From an uncultured cyanobacterium (GTDB lineage Bacteria; Cyanobacteriota; Cyanobacteriia; Cyanobacteriales; Microcystaceae): a DNA stretch of 14,850 nt. Every line of letters begins with the position of its first letter. Within the stretch, counting starts at the first letter, position 1. The notes below the pieces were generated by a model, which did not search any database, was not told the origin of the DNA, and saw only the letters and a program-made list of their open reading frames with translations. Shown here in pieces: positions 1 to 10,505 of the stretch. A program made the translations under genes and the position numbers. The stretch is from NCBI GenBank assembly GCA_963807635.1, contig CAWEDJ010000019.1:1-14850 (forward strand). The letters are read 5' to 3'.

Positions 1-108
1 TATTTATGATGACTATGACACGATTAAACCTAACTCCTAAAAGAGGTGACACAAGTTTTAGTTCTCTTTCCGAACTCCGACTTATTAACTGCAAAAAAAC
101 GTCCTGCA

Positions 109-1534
109 TTAATTTTTAGTTTGTAAACGTTGCACTAACTCTTCAAACGATCGCCAATCATCATGATCCGCGATCGCATCCCAAACCTCTTCAATCAAAG
201 GACGTAACAGAGCCGTTTTAGGATTAGCACTTTTTAGGCGATCGCCGACTTGAATAAACTCATCTTTTGGCAAAGACATTAAAACTAAATGATAAAGAAC
301 TTTCCAACTAGTCCAATCTGCCTTTCCTAAATCCGTATTTTCTAAAATTTTAGTCGGATCTTCTCGCCAGCCTAGATTAAAATTCTCCGTTAATTCCGTA
401 AAAAATTGATGATAACCAACCTGACTTTCCTGTAATAATTCAATCGTTTTTTGGAGCAAATCTTGGTCATTAGGAATCTCTGCGGTCGATAATCCTAACT
501 TTTGCAACATCAAAATTTGATAATAACTCTGATAATCTTCTTCAAAATTAGCTAATACTGAATCTAATTCTGAGGCAGGAATAATCATACTTAGGGGAAC
601 TTGCAATAATTCCAAATTCAGACGACAAATCAACGGTTGATTGGCATAGCAATATCGTCCGCCATAGTCGAAATAGGCCGCCGTAAAACCAGGATTATAG
701 GTAGGAATAAACACATACGGGCCATAATCAAAATTTTCCCCCGTAATCGGCATATTATCCGTATTCAAAACCCCATGACAAAAGCCTGCCGCCATCCATT
801 GAGCCGCCAATTGAGCGACACGCCTAACCAATTCTCGATAAAACCGAAGATAACGCTCTGGATTCTGACCCGTCACTTCGGGATAATAAACCTCAATCAC
901 ATGATCTAATAATTTTTCAATCAGATCAGGGCGTTTGATATAGTACAACCGTTCAAAAGTTCCAAACCGAATATGCGATCGGCTAAACCGAATCATCACC
1001 GACGATCGCGTAGGAGACGGTTCATCCCCGCGCCAGAGTCCTTCCCCTGTTTCAATTAAACTCAAACAACGAGAAGTGTTTACCCCTAATGAATGCAACG
1101 CTTCTGCGGCTAAAACTTCTCTCACACCACCTTTTAACGTTAACCTTCCATCGGCACTACGAGAATAGGGCGTTCTTCCCGATCCTTTGGTGCCAAAATC
1201 GTAGAGTTGTCCATCAGTTCCCCTCACCTGACCATATAAAAAAACCCCTACCATCGCCCAAATAGGGGTTATATTCTCCAAATTGATAGCCATGATAGCG
1301 AAGAGCCAACAGGGGAGTCACGCTCTCAAATTTACCAAAAGCCTCGATAAAATGCTCATTTGTTACCGCTTGGCTTTCTAAATTAAGTTTAGGTAATAAA
1401 GCATCATTACGGAAGCGGAGGATTTGCTGGGGAAAGTCGGCGGCAGTGACGGCATCAAAGTAATCATTCCCTAAATTTTCTAAGGCTGGTTCGTAGGGAA
1501 GAGATAAAAAAGGATTGGGAGAGTTATCTGTCAT
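109..1534 (-). CDS. selO: YdiU/SelO family protein adenylyltransferase, frameshifted (about 474 aa if repaired)
   Basis: ATG at 1534 (MTDNSPNPF...[19 protein letters not shown]) joins the 109..1293 frame (LYGQVRG...[15 protein letters not shown]...HGVLNTDNM...DYGPY) if one A is removed from the A7 run at 1238-1244. Confidence 0.92.
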
Positions 1535-1670
1535 TGAGAGATTGAAGGATTTAGGGAGCGGGCGATTTAATGTTATATTCAATCTGAATTTAACACGCTT
1601 TTCGTGGATAAATTTGAGAGAAATTGCTGTAATCCTACGTTTAAATTGACCAACGTTTAAAAAACTTGTT

Positions 1671-2440
1671 ATGTTAGCCAAAAGAATTTTGCCTTGTTTG
1701 GATGTGAATGCTGGCCGAGTCGTGAAAGGGGTGAATTTTGTCGATCTCAAGGATGCGGGCGATCCTGTGGAATTAGCGCGGATTTATAACGAGGCGGGGG
1801 CGGATGAGTTGGTGTTTCTCGATATTACTGCCACCCACGAAGGACGGGACACCATGATTGATGTGGTTTATCGCACGGCTGAAGAAGTTTTTATTCCCCT
1901 GACGGTTGGCGGTGGCATTCAATCCTTAGAAAATATTAAAAATTTGTTACGGGCAGGAGCCGATAAGGTCAGTATTAATTCTGCCGCCGTTCGTAATCCT
2001 GATTTGATTAATCAAGCCAGCGATCGCTTTGGGTCTTCCTGCATTGTGGTGGCGATCGATGCCAGAAAACGGAATGATCCGCAAAATTCAGGCTGGGATG
2101 TGTATGTACGAGGCGGTCGGGAAAATACGGGCATTGATGCGATCGCCTGGGCGAGGGAACTCGCGCAACGGGGAGCAGGAGAATTATTAGTCACCAGTAT
2201 GGATGCGGACGGAACCCAGGCGGGCTATGATTTACCCCTCACCAGGGCGATCGCCGATCAAGTAGAAATTCCCGTCATTGCTTCTGGTGGTGCAGGCAAT
2301 TGTGAACATATTTATCAAGCTCTCACAGAAGGTAAAGCCGAAGCGGCCCTTTTGCCTCTTTGTTGCATTACGGTCAGTTAAGCATTGCGGAAGTTAAAAC
2401 CTACCTCCAGCAAAACCAAGTCCCCATCAGACCAACCTAA
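1671..2440 (+). CDS. hisF: Imidazole glycerol phosphate synthase cyclase subunit HisF, frameshifted near the 3' end (256 aa if repaired)
   Basis: [12 protein letters not shown]...[12 protein letters not shown]...[13 protein letters not shown]...VIASGGAG. Adding one base at about 2353 restores [32 protein letters not shown] ending at 2440. Confidence 0.96.
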
Positions 2441-2536
2441 GATCCAATACGAAAGAAAAGCTTAAGCTCTGTTCGTCTTCCTTGCATTGTTCATAAGTTG
2501 TATTAAAATAGAATTAAAGTTAACAATTTTTAATAT

Positions 2537-2731
2537 ATGTTAGTTCCAATTCTCATTTTTGATGTAGCTCTGGTGGCTTGGTCTCTCCATCTCATGCAAC
2601 AAGCAGTGGAAGATCAGGAGTTTTCCCTGATGTTAGCGGGATTTCTGGTGGCGGCGGCGGCGGCGGCCATGCTTGTGGTTTACTTCTTGATGGGAAACTG
2701 CATTGCTCATCTAAGCAACATTTCTTACTAA
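2537..2731 (+). CDS. Small hypothetical membrane protein (64 aa, two hydrophobic segments)
   Basis: ATG-started ORF between AT-rich flanks; two hydrophobic helices (MLVPILIFDVALVAWSL; MLAGFLVAAAAAAMLVVYFLMG); a hairpin terminator follows. Confidence 0.7.
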   Translation: MLVPILIFDVALVAWSLHLMQQAVEDQEFSLMLAGFLVAAAAAAMLVVYFLMGNCIAHLSNISY

Positions 2732-2802
2732 AACAGAATTCTATTGAATTGAGATAATTGTTACGATATTTTTATAAAATTTTAAAAAAGTTATTTTTTG
2801 TC

Positions 2803-2839
2803 AAAAGTTGGCCCTATGGAAAATTAGCCAACTTTTTTT
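2803..2839. terminator. Probable bidirectional intrinsic terminator
   Basis: AAAAGTTGGC...GCCAACTTTTTTT inverted repeat with A/T tails, between convergent genes. Confidence 0.65.
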
Positions 2840-2858
2840 AATCCTTTTTAACATTCAT

Positions 2859-3628
2859 TTACCAAGGCAACCGACTACCATCCCATGAGAAAAATTCCCC
2901 GCTATCTTTTTCTGTGAGTTGGTCTAACACTTCTAATAATTGCGTGACCGTGCGATCGCGGTCAAACAATTTTTCAGGGGGAACATTACGCTGAAAGGGT
3001 TTAGACAATTGGGTATCTGTCGTCCCAGGATGGAGCATCACCATAATGGTCTGGGGAGACGTGCGTTTATATTCGATCGCCGCCGTCCGTAAAAACATAT
3101 TTAGAGCCGCTTTTGAAGATCGATAACCATACCATCCCCCGATCTGATTATCCCCAATACTGCCAATTTTTGCGGATATGGTCGCCAAAATACTTCTTTC
3201 TGGGTGTTTTAACAAAGGAATAAGATGTTTAACCAATAAAATTGCCCCAATACTATTAATTTCAAAATATCTCAATAAATTTTCAGGCTGAATTTGTCGT
3301 AAACTTTTTTCGGGTTGAAAATCTCCGTCATGCAAAATCCCCACGCAATTAATCACTAAATGGAGGCGTTTCACCTGTTCACCGATTTTCTTCGCGATCG
3401 CAGAAACCTGAGCTTCTTGGGTAATATCTAGGGATAAAAGTGCTAATTTTTCGGGATATTCCTGCTTTAGTCCCCTTAAATCTGTCATTGAACTGGATTC
3501 TCGATGGTGGCAAACACTCGCTCCACCTTATCCTCTGCCAACAACTGTCGAGTAAAAGCTAGACCAATTCCCCCCGAAGCCCCCACAATCAAAACATTGA
3601 TGCCCTGGGGATAACGATTCAAGCTCAT
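2859..3628 (-). CDS. Short-chain dehydrogenase/reductase, C-factor (CsgA)-like, frameshifted (256 aa if repaired)
   Basis: ATG at 3628 gives MSLNRYPQGINVLIVGASGGIG (Rossmann motif). One missing base at about 3505 restores ATYRESSSMTDL and links to ISAKIGSIGDN...GWYGYRSSKAALNM (YxxxK)...LHPGTTDT...WDG..LPW. Confidence 0.9.
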
Positions 3629-3766
3629 AGTTTTATGCTAACAAGATTTTACGAGGACAAAACCAGTCTAACGAGCAACAGCGATTGTCGGCAAAATTAA
3701 CTCAACGCTAGGGGCAAAGCATTTGATATCATAGGCATGATCTACGTCATATCAATCGCTTTAGTT

Positions 3767-4123
3767 ATGTATTATTTGCCTGAGCCGCCTTATTTTTTGA
3801 TTTTTGTGGGATTATTTGTGGGTCTTACCTGTGGTGCGGCTTTTGAAGCGACACTCAAACAAAAGGTCAGGGTGTGGTTGAATACGCCCACTAGTACGTT
3901 GCAGGACTTGGATTTGCAACTTCCTTTTCTGGGAATTTGTGTCGGAATTTGTGTGTTTTTATCGTCGGGAGTCGAAGTTTTTTTAGGTAGTCGTTTAGTG
4001 TCCTACGCAATTTCTTTACCTGTCACTATTTTTATTGCGGCTTTGGTTTGGAGACAATTGGATAGCCTATTAAAACAATTAAAAGCAGGGGGGTCTAAGG
4101 CGATCGATTTAGACGTATTTTAA
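3767..4123 (+). CDS. Hypothetical membrane protein with about three transmembrane helices
   Basis: ORF MYYLPEPPYFL...GLTCGAAFEATLKQ...PFLGICVGICVFL...GGSKAIDLD. An alternative upstream ATG lies at 3737. Confidence 0.8.
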   Translation: MYYLPEPPYFLIFVGLFVGLTCGAAFEATLKQKVRVWLNTPTSTLQDLDLQLPFLGICVGICVFLSSGVEVFLGSRLVSYAISLPVTIFIAALVWRQLDSLLKQLKAGGSKAIDLDVF

Positions 4124-4217
4124 AAATAAAATAACCTTGTAGGGGCGAATTGCGTTCGCCCTTTTCCTATTTTTAAAAATAAAATAACCCTGTAGGGGCA
4201 AATTGCGATCGCCCTTT
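4118..4217 (+). repeat. Two-copy tandem duplication (53-bp period), each copy with a GTAG-tagged REP-like hairpin
   Basis: TTTTAAAAATAAAATAACCyTGTAGGGGCrAATTGCGwTCGCCCTTT at 4118 and 4171. Copy 1 stem is GGGCGAA(4143-4149)/TTCGCCC(4155-4161). Confidence 0.85.
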
Positions 4218-4240
4218 CTCTCCTTATTTTTAATAGCAAA

Positions 4241-5246
4241 TTAAACAAATTTAACTTCATGTTCCAAGGGTTTATCTTGCTCAAAATCCGTCAGATTCCT
4301 AATGGTTGTTAGGGAAATATCTTTTAACGCATTTTCCGTAAAAAAGGCTTGATGGGCCGTAATCACCACATTAGAAAAAGATTGAAGTAATTGAAAAGTA
4401 TCATCTTGGATAATGGTATCGGAAAGATCTTCAAAGAAAAGATGTTCTTCTTCTTCATAAACATCAATGCCCACATAACCAATTTTTCCTGTTTTAATTC
4501 CTTCAATTACCGCTTTGGTGTCAACTAATTTACCCCGACTGGTATTAATTAACATGACCCCTGGTTTCATTCTTGCGATCGCGTCTTGATTAACAATATT
4601 TTGGGTTTCAGGAAATAATGGACAGTGGAGAGAAATAATATCTGAACCTTGCCATAGTTCCTCTAAAGAAACATATTTCGCGTTGCCCATTTTCTCGAAA
4701 TTCTCATTAGGATAGGCATCATAGCCCAACAGATGACAGCCAAAACCTGACATAATTTGAGCAAAGATTTGTCCAATTTTCCCTGTTCCAATGACACCAA
4801 CCGTGCGATCGCGCAGATCAAACCCTAATAACCCATCAAGAGAAAAATTATCATCCCGAACTCGATTGTAAGCCCGATATAACTTACGATTGAGCATAAG
4901 GATTAGACCAACCGCGTGTTCTGCTACTGAATAGGGCGAATAGGTGGTTACTCGAACAACTTTAATTCCTAATTTGGCCGCACTTTCGAGATTGACATTA
5001 TTAAATCCCGTGCAACGAAGGGCAATTAATCTTATACCGTCCTTTGCCAAAATTTCTAAAGTTTCCGTTCCCAGATCATCATTCACAAAGACACAAACCG
5101 CCTCAAAACCCGTTGCCAGGGATGCAGTTTTTGGTTCTAGCCGTGACTCAAAATAAACTAACTCATGGTTAGCCTGGGATTCCCTATTCTCTAGATCGAG
5201 AAATTGGCGATCGGTAAGCTTTCGTACTAAAAACAGCGACTTTCAT
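4241..5246 (-). CDS. ldhA: D-lactate dehydrogenase / D-2-hydroxyacid dehydrogenase, frameshifted near the 5' end (334 aa if repaired)
   Basis: ATG at 5246 gives MKVAVFSTKAY. Removing one base at 5213-5214 gives DRQFL...AVCVFVNDDL, continuing to ALRCTGFNNV, YSPYSVAEHA, GVIGTGKIG, INTSRG, DVYEEE and TAHQAFFT. Confidence 0.92.
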
Positions 5247-5493
5247 GATTTAGATTGATTAAATTTTACAACTTCTAATTTTGTAATAGATACAGCAGAT
5301 TACGTTGTGATAACAGACAAAATATTGGCAGAAAATATATTATGTCCTTACGTTATGAGCAACAAAAATATTATAAAAGTAAGGGTTTAGTTGCCAAATC
5401 AAAAAACATTAAGACTTGATAAACAATTAACTAAGTAGATGGGTCTTAAAATTTATAAGATCCCCCCGTCCTACGAACACCCCCCTTATCAAT

Positions 5494-5617
5494 CTACCGT
5501 TTACACACAAGTCTTTCTGTCTAAGTTTTGATCCCCCCAACCCCCCTTTATAAGGGGGATGCCGTAGGCAGGGGGATCAAACTTTTAGGCATACAAGGAG
5601 ATGTGTCTACACAGTAG
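5494..5617. mobile_element. 124-bp MITE with 19-bp IS4-family (IS50/Tn5-like) terminal inverted repeats and a degenerate 10-bp target duplication
   Basis: Left end CTACCGTTTACACACAAGT (5494-5512) versus reverse complement of the right end CTACTGTGTAGACACATCT (5599-5617): 14/19 identical. Flanks CCTTATCAAT (5484-5493) and TCTTATTAAG (5618-5627) match 7/10. Confidence 0.75.
5523..5585. repeat. Inner REP-like palindromic element carried inside the MITE
   Basis: AAGTTTTGATCCCCCC-AA-CCCCCCTTTATAAGGGGG-A-TGCCGTAGGCA-GGGGGATCAAACTTT; near-identical to the repeat at 14581-14618. Confidence 0.85.
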
Positions 5618-5725
5618 TCTTATTAAGTGGGTCAGGGGGGATCGAGTAAAAAACTCTTGTTCGGTTTAATTGTAACTACTTATTTATACTAAACTAAACG
5701 CCTACTGAATCAAGGAGATCGCTAT

Positions 5726-8154
5726 TTAATAAGGCCACTTAAAGTGAGTTAATTCATCCTTATCCGTTCCATGTTCATAGGCATAATTACGGGCATCAAT
5801 TTGGAGATTTTTGAACTTCTCCTTAGCATGGGCCCCTGCTACCTGTAACTCAGGAACTCGGTCAATCACATCGATCGCCAAACTAAAGCGGTCAATCTGA
5901 TTACTAATGGCTAATTCCAAAGGAGTATTAATATTCCCCTTTTCCTTATAACCGCGAACATGGAAATTATCGTGGTTTGTCCGACTATAGGCTAAACGGT
6001 GAATCAACCAGGGATAACCATGAAAATTGAAAATGACAGGTTTATCAATGGTAAACATACTGTCAAAATCCTTATCCGATAATCCATGAGGATGTTCCGT
6101 TTCAGGGACTAATTTAAACAGATCCACCACATTAATAAAGCGAATCAACAAATCAGGAAATTCTTCCCGTAATAAAACCACTGCGGCCAGAGCTTCTTTC
6201 GTTGGAATATCTCCCGCTGTTGCCATCACCACATCAGGTTCATAGCCTTGATCATTACTCGCCCAATCCCAAATTCCCAAACCTTTGGTGCAGTGTTGAA
6301 TAGCCGCATCCATGTCTAGATATTGCAAATGTAACTGCTTGTCGCAAACAATCACATTGATATAGTTCCGACTCTTTAAACAGTGATTCGCAACAGACAG
6401 CAAAGAATTCACATCGGGTGGTAAATAAATCCGTGTTACCGAAGGACTTTTATTGACGACTAAATCTAAAAAGCCAGGATCTTGGTGGGTAAAGCCGTTA
6501 TGATCTTGTCGCCAAACCGTTGAGGTAATCAACATATTTAGGGAAGAAATATCTGCCCGCCAGGGAATATGACGACAAATATCCAACCATTTTGCGTGTT
6601 GATTAAACATGGAATCAATCACATGGACAAAGGATTCATAGGTCAAAAAAATCCATGCCGTCCTGTCAGTAAATACGCTTCAAGCCAGCCCTCTAGGGTA
6701 TGCTCAGACAGCATTTCCATGACGCGACCATCGATCGCTAATTCTCCACCATCGGCATCTTCTTCCAGATATTCTTCAATCCAGAATTTTTTGCTGACTT
6801 CGTAAATATCTTGCAGTTTATTGGAGGTGTTTTCATCGGGGCCAAAAACCCGAAAATTAGTCATGTTATTGGCCATGACATCCCGTAGAAATTTACCCAA
6901 CGGACGGGTATTTTCCGCTTCAACTTGACCTGGATGGGGTAAATCTAGGGCATAGTCCCGAAAATCTGGCATTTTGAGGGCTTTGCGCAATAAGCCGCCA
7001 TTGGCAATGGGATTCGCCCCCATGCGTTTTGAACCTGTAGGAGCTAATTCCTTGAGTTCAGGAATCAGGATTCCATTTTCGTCAAATAATTCTTCGGGCT
7101 TATAACTGCGTATCCAGGCTTCTAATTGCTCGAAGTGGGCAAGATTTTCTTTGACACCAGCCAACGGGACTTGGTGCGATCGCCAAAAACCTTCAACCTT
7201 TTTACCATCAACGAAATCGGGGCCAGTCCACCCCTTAGGACTCCGTAGAACAATCATCGGCCAACGAGGACGAGTGGCTTTACCCGTACTGCGGGCTTCC
7301 TGTTGGATTTTATGAATTTCTTCGACACAATAATCCAAGGTCGCCGCCATCGCCTGGTGCATACTTTCGGGATCGGAACCTTCCACAAAATAGGGCGTAT
7401 AACCGTAGCCAATAAAGAGAGATTCCAGTTCTTCGTGACTAATACGGGATAAAAGAGTCGGATTGTTAATTTTATAACCATTCAAGTGCAGAATCGGTAA
7501 AACTGCCCCGTCTCGAATGGGATTAATAAATTTATTAGAATGCCAAGAAGTTGCCAGAGGCCCCGTTTCCGATTCCCCATCTCCCACCACTGCCACACTA
7601 ATCAAATCAGGATTATCAAAAACCGTTCCAAAAGCGTGGGAGATGCTATAACCCAATTCACCCCCTTCATGAATAGACCCAGGGGTTTCAGGCGTGCAGT
7701 GGCTCCCTATTCCGCCAGGAAAAGAAAATTGTTTAAAAAACTTCTTTAATCCCTCTTCATCTTCACTTTTATCGGGATAGGTTTCCGAATAGGCTCCTTC
7801 TAGATAAACTGGCCCCAAAACCCCAGGCGCACCATGCCCTGGCCCTGCCAAATAAATCATGCTTTGATCATATTTTTTGATGACGCGATTCAGGTGAGTG
7901 TAGATAAAAGATAATCCTGGACTCGATCCCCAGTGACCCAAAAGACGATTTTTGATGTGTTCAATTTTTAAAGGCTCTTTAAGGAGGGGATTGTCCTGCA
8001 AATAAATCATTCCAACTGCTAAATAGTTGCAGGCTTGCCAGTAAGCATGGGTTTTACGCAAGTCTTCCCCAGTGAGAGGGGTTCCTTTAACCGTTGATCT
8101 GGCTTGACCGAAGGCACTAATGGCCGAAATCGTCTTTTCTGGTGCTGCGACCAT
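5726..8154 (-). CDS. xfp: Phosphoketolase (xylulose-5-P/fructose-6-P), frameshifted (about 809 aa if repaired)
   Basis: [47 protein letters not shown], then [16 protein letters not shown] and HVRGYKEKG. One base is missing at about 6644-6651 (expected GFFsTYESF). GGAG RBS lies upstream of the ATG at 8154. Confidence 0.95.
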
Positions 8155-8340
8155 AAACAATCACTCCAAGTTAAATAATCAATTTCTAGGGTAATAGGAA
8201 AACTGCCAACTTGAACATCTAATTTTGATAAGTTGCCTGTTTGATCAAACCTTAAGAAATAGTTAAGCAGAAGATTAAAGATAAAAATAAGCGGCGATTA
8301 CAAATAAAAAATTTGATTTTCCTAACATTTTTCAGGAAAC

Positions 8341-8356
8341 TGTTACAAAATTTACA
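8341..8356. promoter_or_regulatory. Candidate NtcA/CRP-family site (TGT-N10-ACA) in the divergent xfp/gap1 promoter region
   Basis: TGTTACAAAATTTACA contains GTT-N8-TAC, one mismatch from the NtcA consensus GTA-N8-TAC. The background is AT-rich. Confidence 0.35.
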
Positions 8357-8485
8357 GAAAAATTCGTCTGAGAGAATAAATCTTTTCAAAAGATAAAAAA
8401 TATTTAAAAAAATCAAAAAATCGCTCGTTAATTCTTAAATTACTTGTATGCTTTAAAGAATCTAAGTCATCAATCCTAAAAATAG

Positions 8486-9517
<1,032 letters not shown>

Positions 9518-9540
9518 TTTTTCTGAAATCACCTAGAATA

Positions 9541-9592
9541 AAAGGGTTGGCGATCGCCTACGTTTGCGAATCAGGCGATCCAACTTTTTTTA
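9541..9592 (+). terminator. Intrinsic terminator after gap1, with a HIP1-containing stem
   Basis: GTTGGCGATCGCCT...AGGCGATCCAAC followed by a T-run. Confidence 0.65.
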
Positions 9593-9613
9593 ACCTACAC
9601 AAAAGGAATTCCT

Positions 9614-10024
9614 ATGGCTGAACTCGAAACCTATGTCCGTATGGCAGAAGATGAACTGACGGAATACAGCAGTGAAGCCCGAAAAATCGAGAAATTGCGC
9701 CGTAAATTTGCCCTAGCTCTCAATTACCAACAGCAACAAGAGCTTAAGAAACAATTACTGGAAATTATGCCCAAGGGACTTTTACCCCGATTGGTAGAAG
9801 AGAATCGACAAACAGTTGCTTTACCTTTTTGGGGTATTGCGGGCTTGGGTTTATTATTTGGGATTTCTCTGCGTCAACCCCTAGATTTTTTGGCGGTGGC
9901 GATTGCTTTACCCTGCGCTATTCAAATTCAACGGTGGGGATGGCAATTAGAAGCAAAACGTTTGGTACTTAAAACTTTCGATCAATTAGAAGAACGGATG
10001 AAAAATCCGAGTGCCATTAGTTAA
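9614..10024 (+). CDS. Hypothetical protein with an N-terminal coiled coil and two hydrophobic segments
   Basis: 136-aa ORF with an AAGGA RBS. Confidence 0.8.
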   Translation: MAELETYVRMAEDELTEYSSEARKIEKLRRKFALALNYQQQQELKKQLLEIMPKGLLPRLVEENRQTVALPFWGIAGLGLLFGISLRQPLDFLAVAIALPCAIQIQRWGWQLEAKRLVLKTFDQLEERMKNPSAIS

Positions 10025-10122
10025 CTTTAAAATTAGTTCAATTTTTCTATAAAAATAAGGACAGAAAAAATCTGCCCTGCTTTTTCTTGATTAAATTAAC
10101 CGCAATTATTGAAATAAAAATT

Positions 10123-10434
10123 CTAATTGCTGCCACTAAACACAACTTCTTTAAACTTGCCTTGAGCTTCTGCCATCGGAACCAGTTTATTTTGATTTTT
10201 CAAATCTTGCCAGTAATTGATAACTTCGGTTGCTTGATTTAGCACATCAATGCGGTCTGATTCTTCAATCCAGTGCTTAGCATCTAATTTATCTTTGAGT
10301 TGTTGCCAAGCATCATGACGTGGCCAGAAAAAATATTCCGTCAACGGACTTGTTCCTTTCCCTACGATCTGATCGACGGCGATCGCAACATTTTGATCTA
10401 ACCAAAGAACCTTGAGAATAAATTTTGTCTCCAA
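10123..10434 (-). CDS. ycf65: 30S ribosomal protein PSRP-3 (Ycf65)
   Basis: [39 protein letters not shown]...[15 protein letters not shown] start with a GGAGG RBS. Confidence 0.92.
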   Translation of the reverse strand: METKFILKVLWLDQNVAIAVDQIVGKGTSPLTEYFFWPRHDAWQQLKDKLDAKHWIEESDRIDVLNQATEVINYWQDLKNQNKLVPMAEAQGKFKEVVFSGSN

Positions 10435-10505
10435 ACGACCCCTCCGGCGAATTCATTATTAATGGGATGACTTAAAAAAATCATCTGACAATCCCCTATC
10501 TTAAC

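Larger units (their letters stand above)
5459..5643. repeat. Outer REP-like palindromic element (GATCCCCCC...CCCCCCTTAT//TAAGTGGG...GGGGGGATC) interrupted by a MITE
   Basis: GATCCCCCC at 5459 pairs with GGGGGGATC ending at 5643. The two halves of the central palindrome lie on either side of the 5494-5617 insert. Confidence 0.75.

Noticed and set aside
1..40. Possible 3' end of an upstream plus-strand gene (IYDDYDTIKPNS*)
   Set aside because: Too short to support a call.
1535..1750. N-terminal extension of the 1214..1750 ORF
   Set aside because: It overlaps the hisF start on the opposite strand; SelO similarity starts at the ATG at 1534.
4118..4217. Mini CRISPR array
   Set aside because: The whole unit is duplicated with no unique spacer, and there are no cas genes in the window.
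6640..6655. xfp as two translationally coupled genes (TTGA overlap) or a programmed frameshift at TTT TTT TGA
   Set aside because: The break falls inside a conserved domain of a single-chain enzyme, one base restores it, and four neighbouring genes have similar indels.
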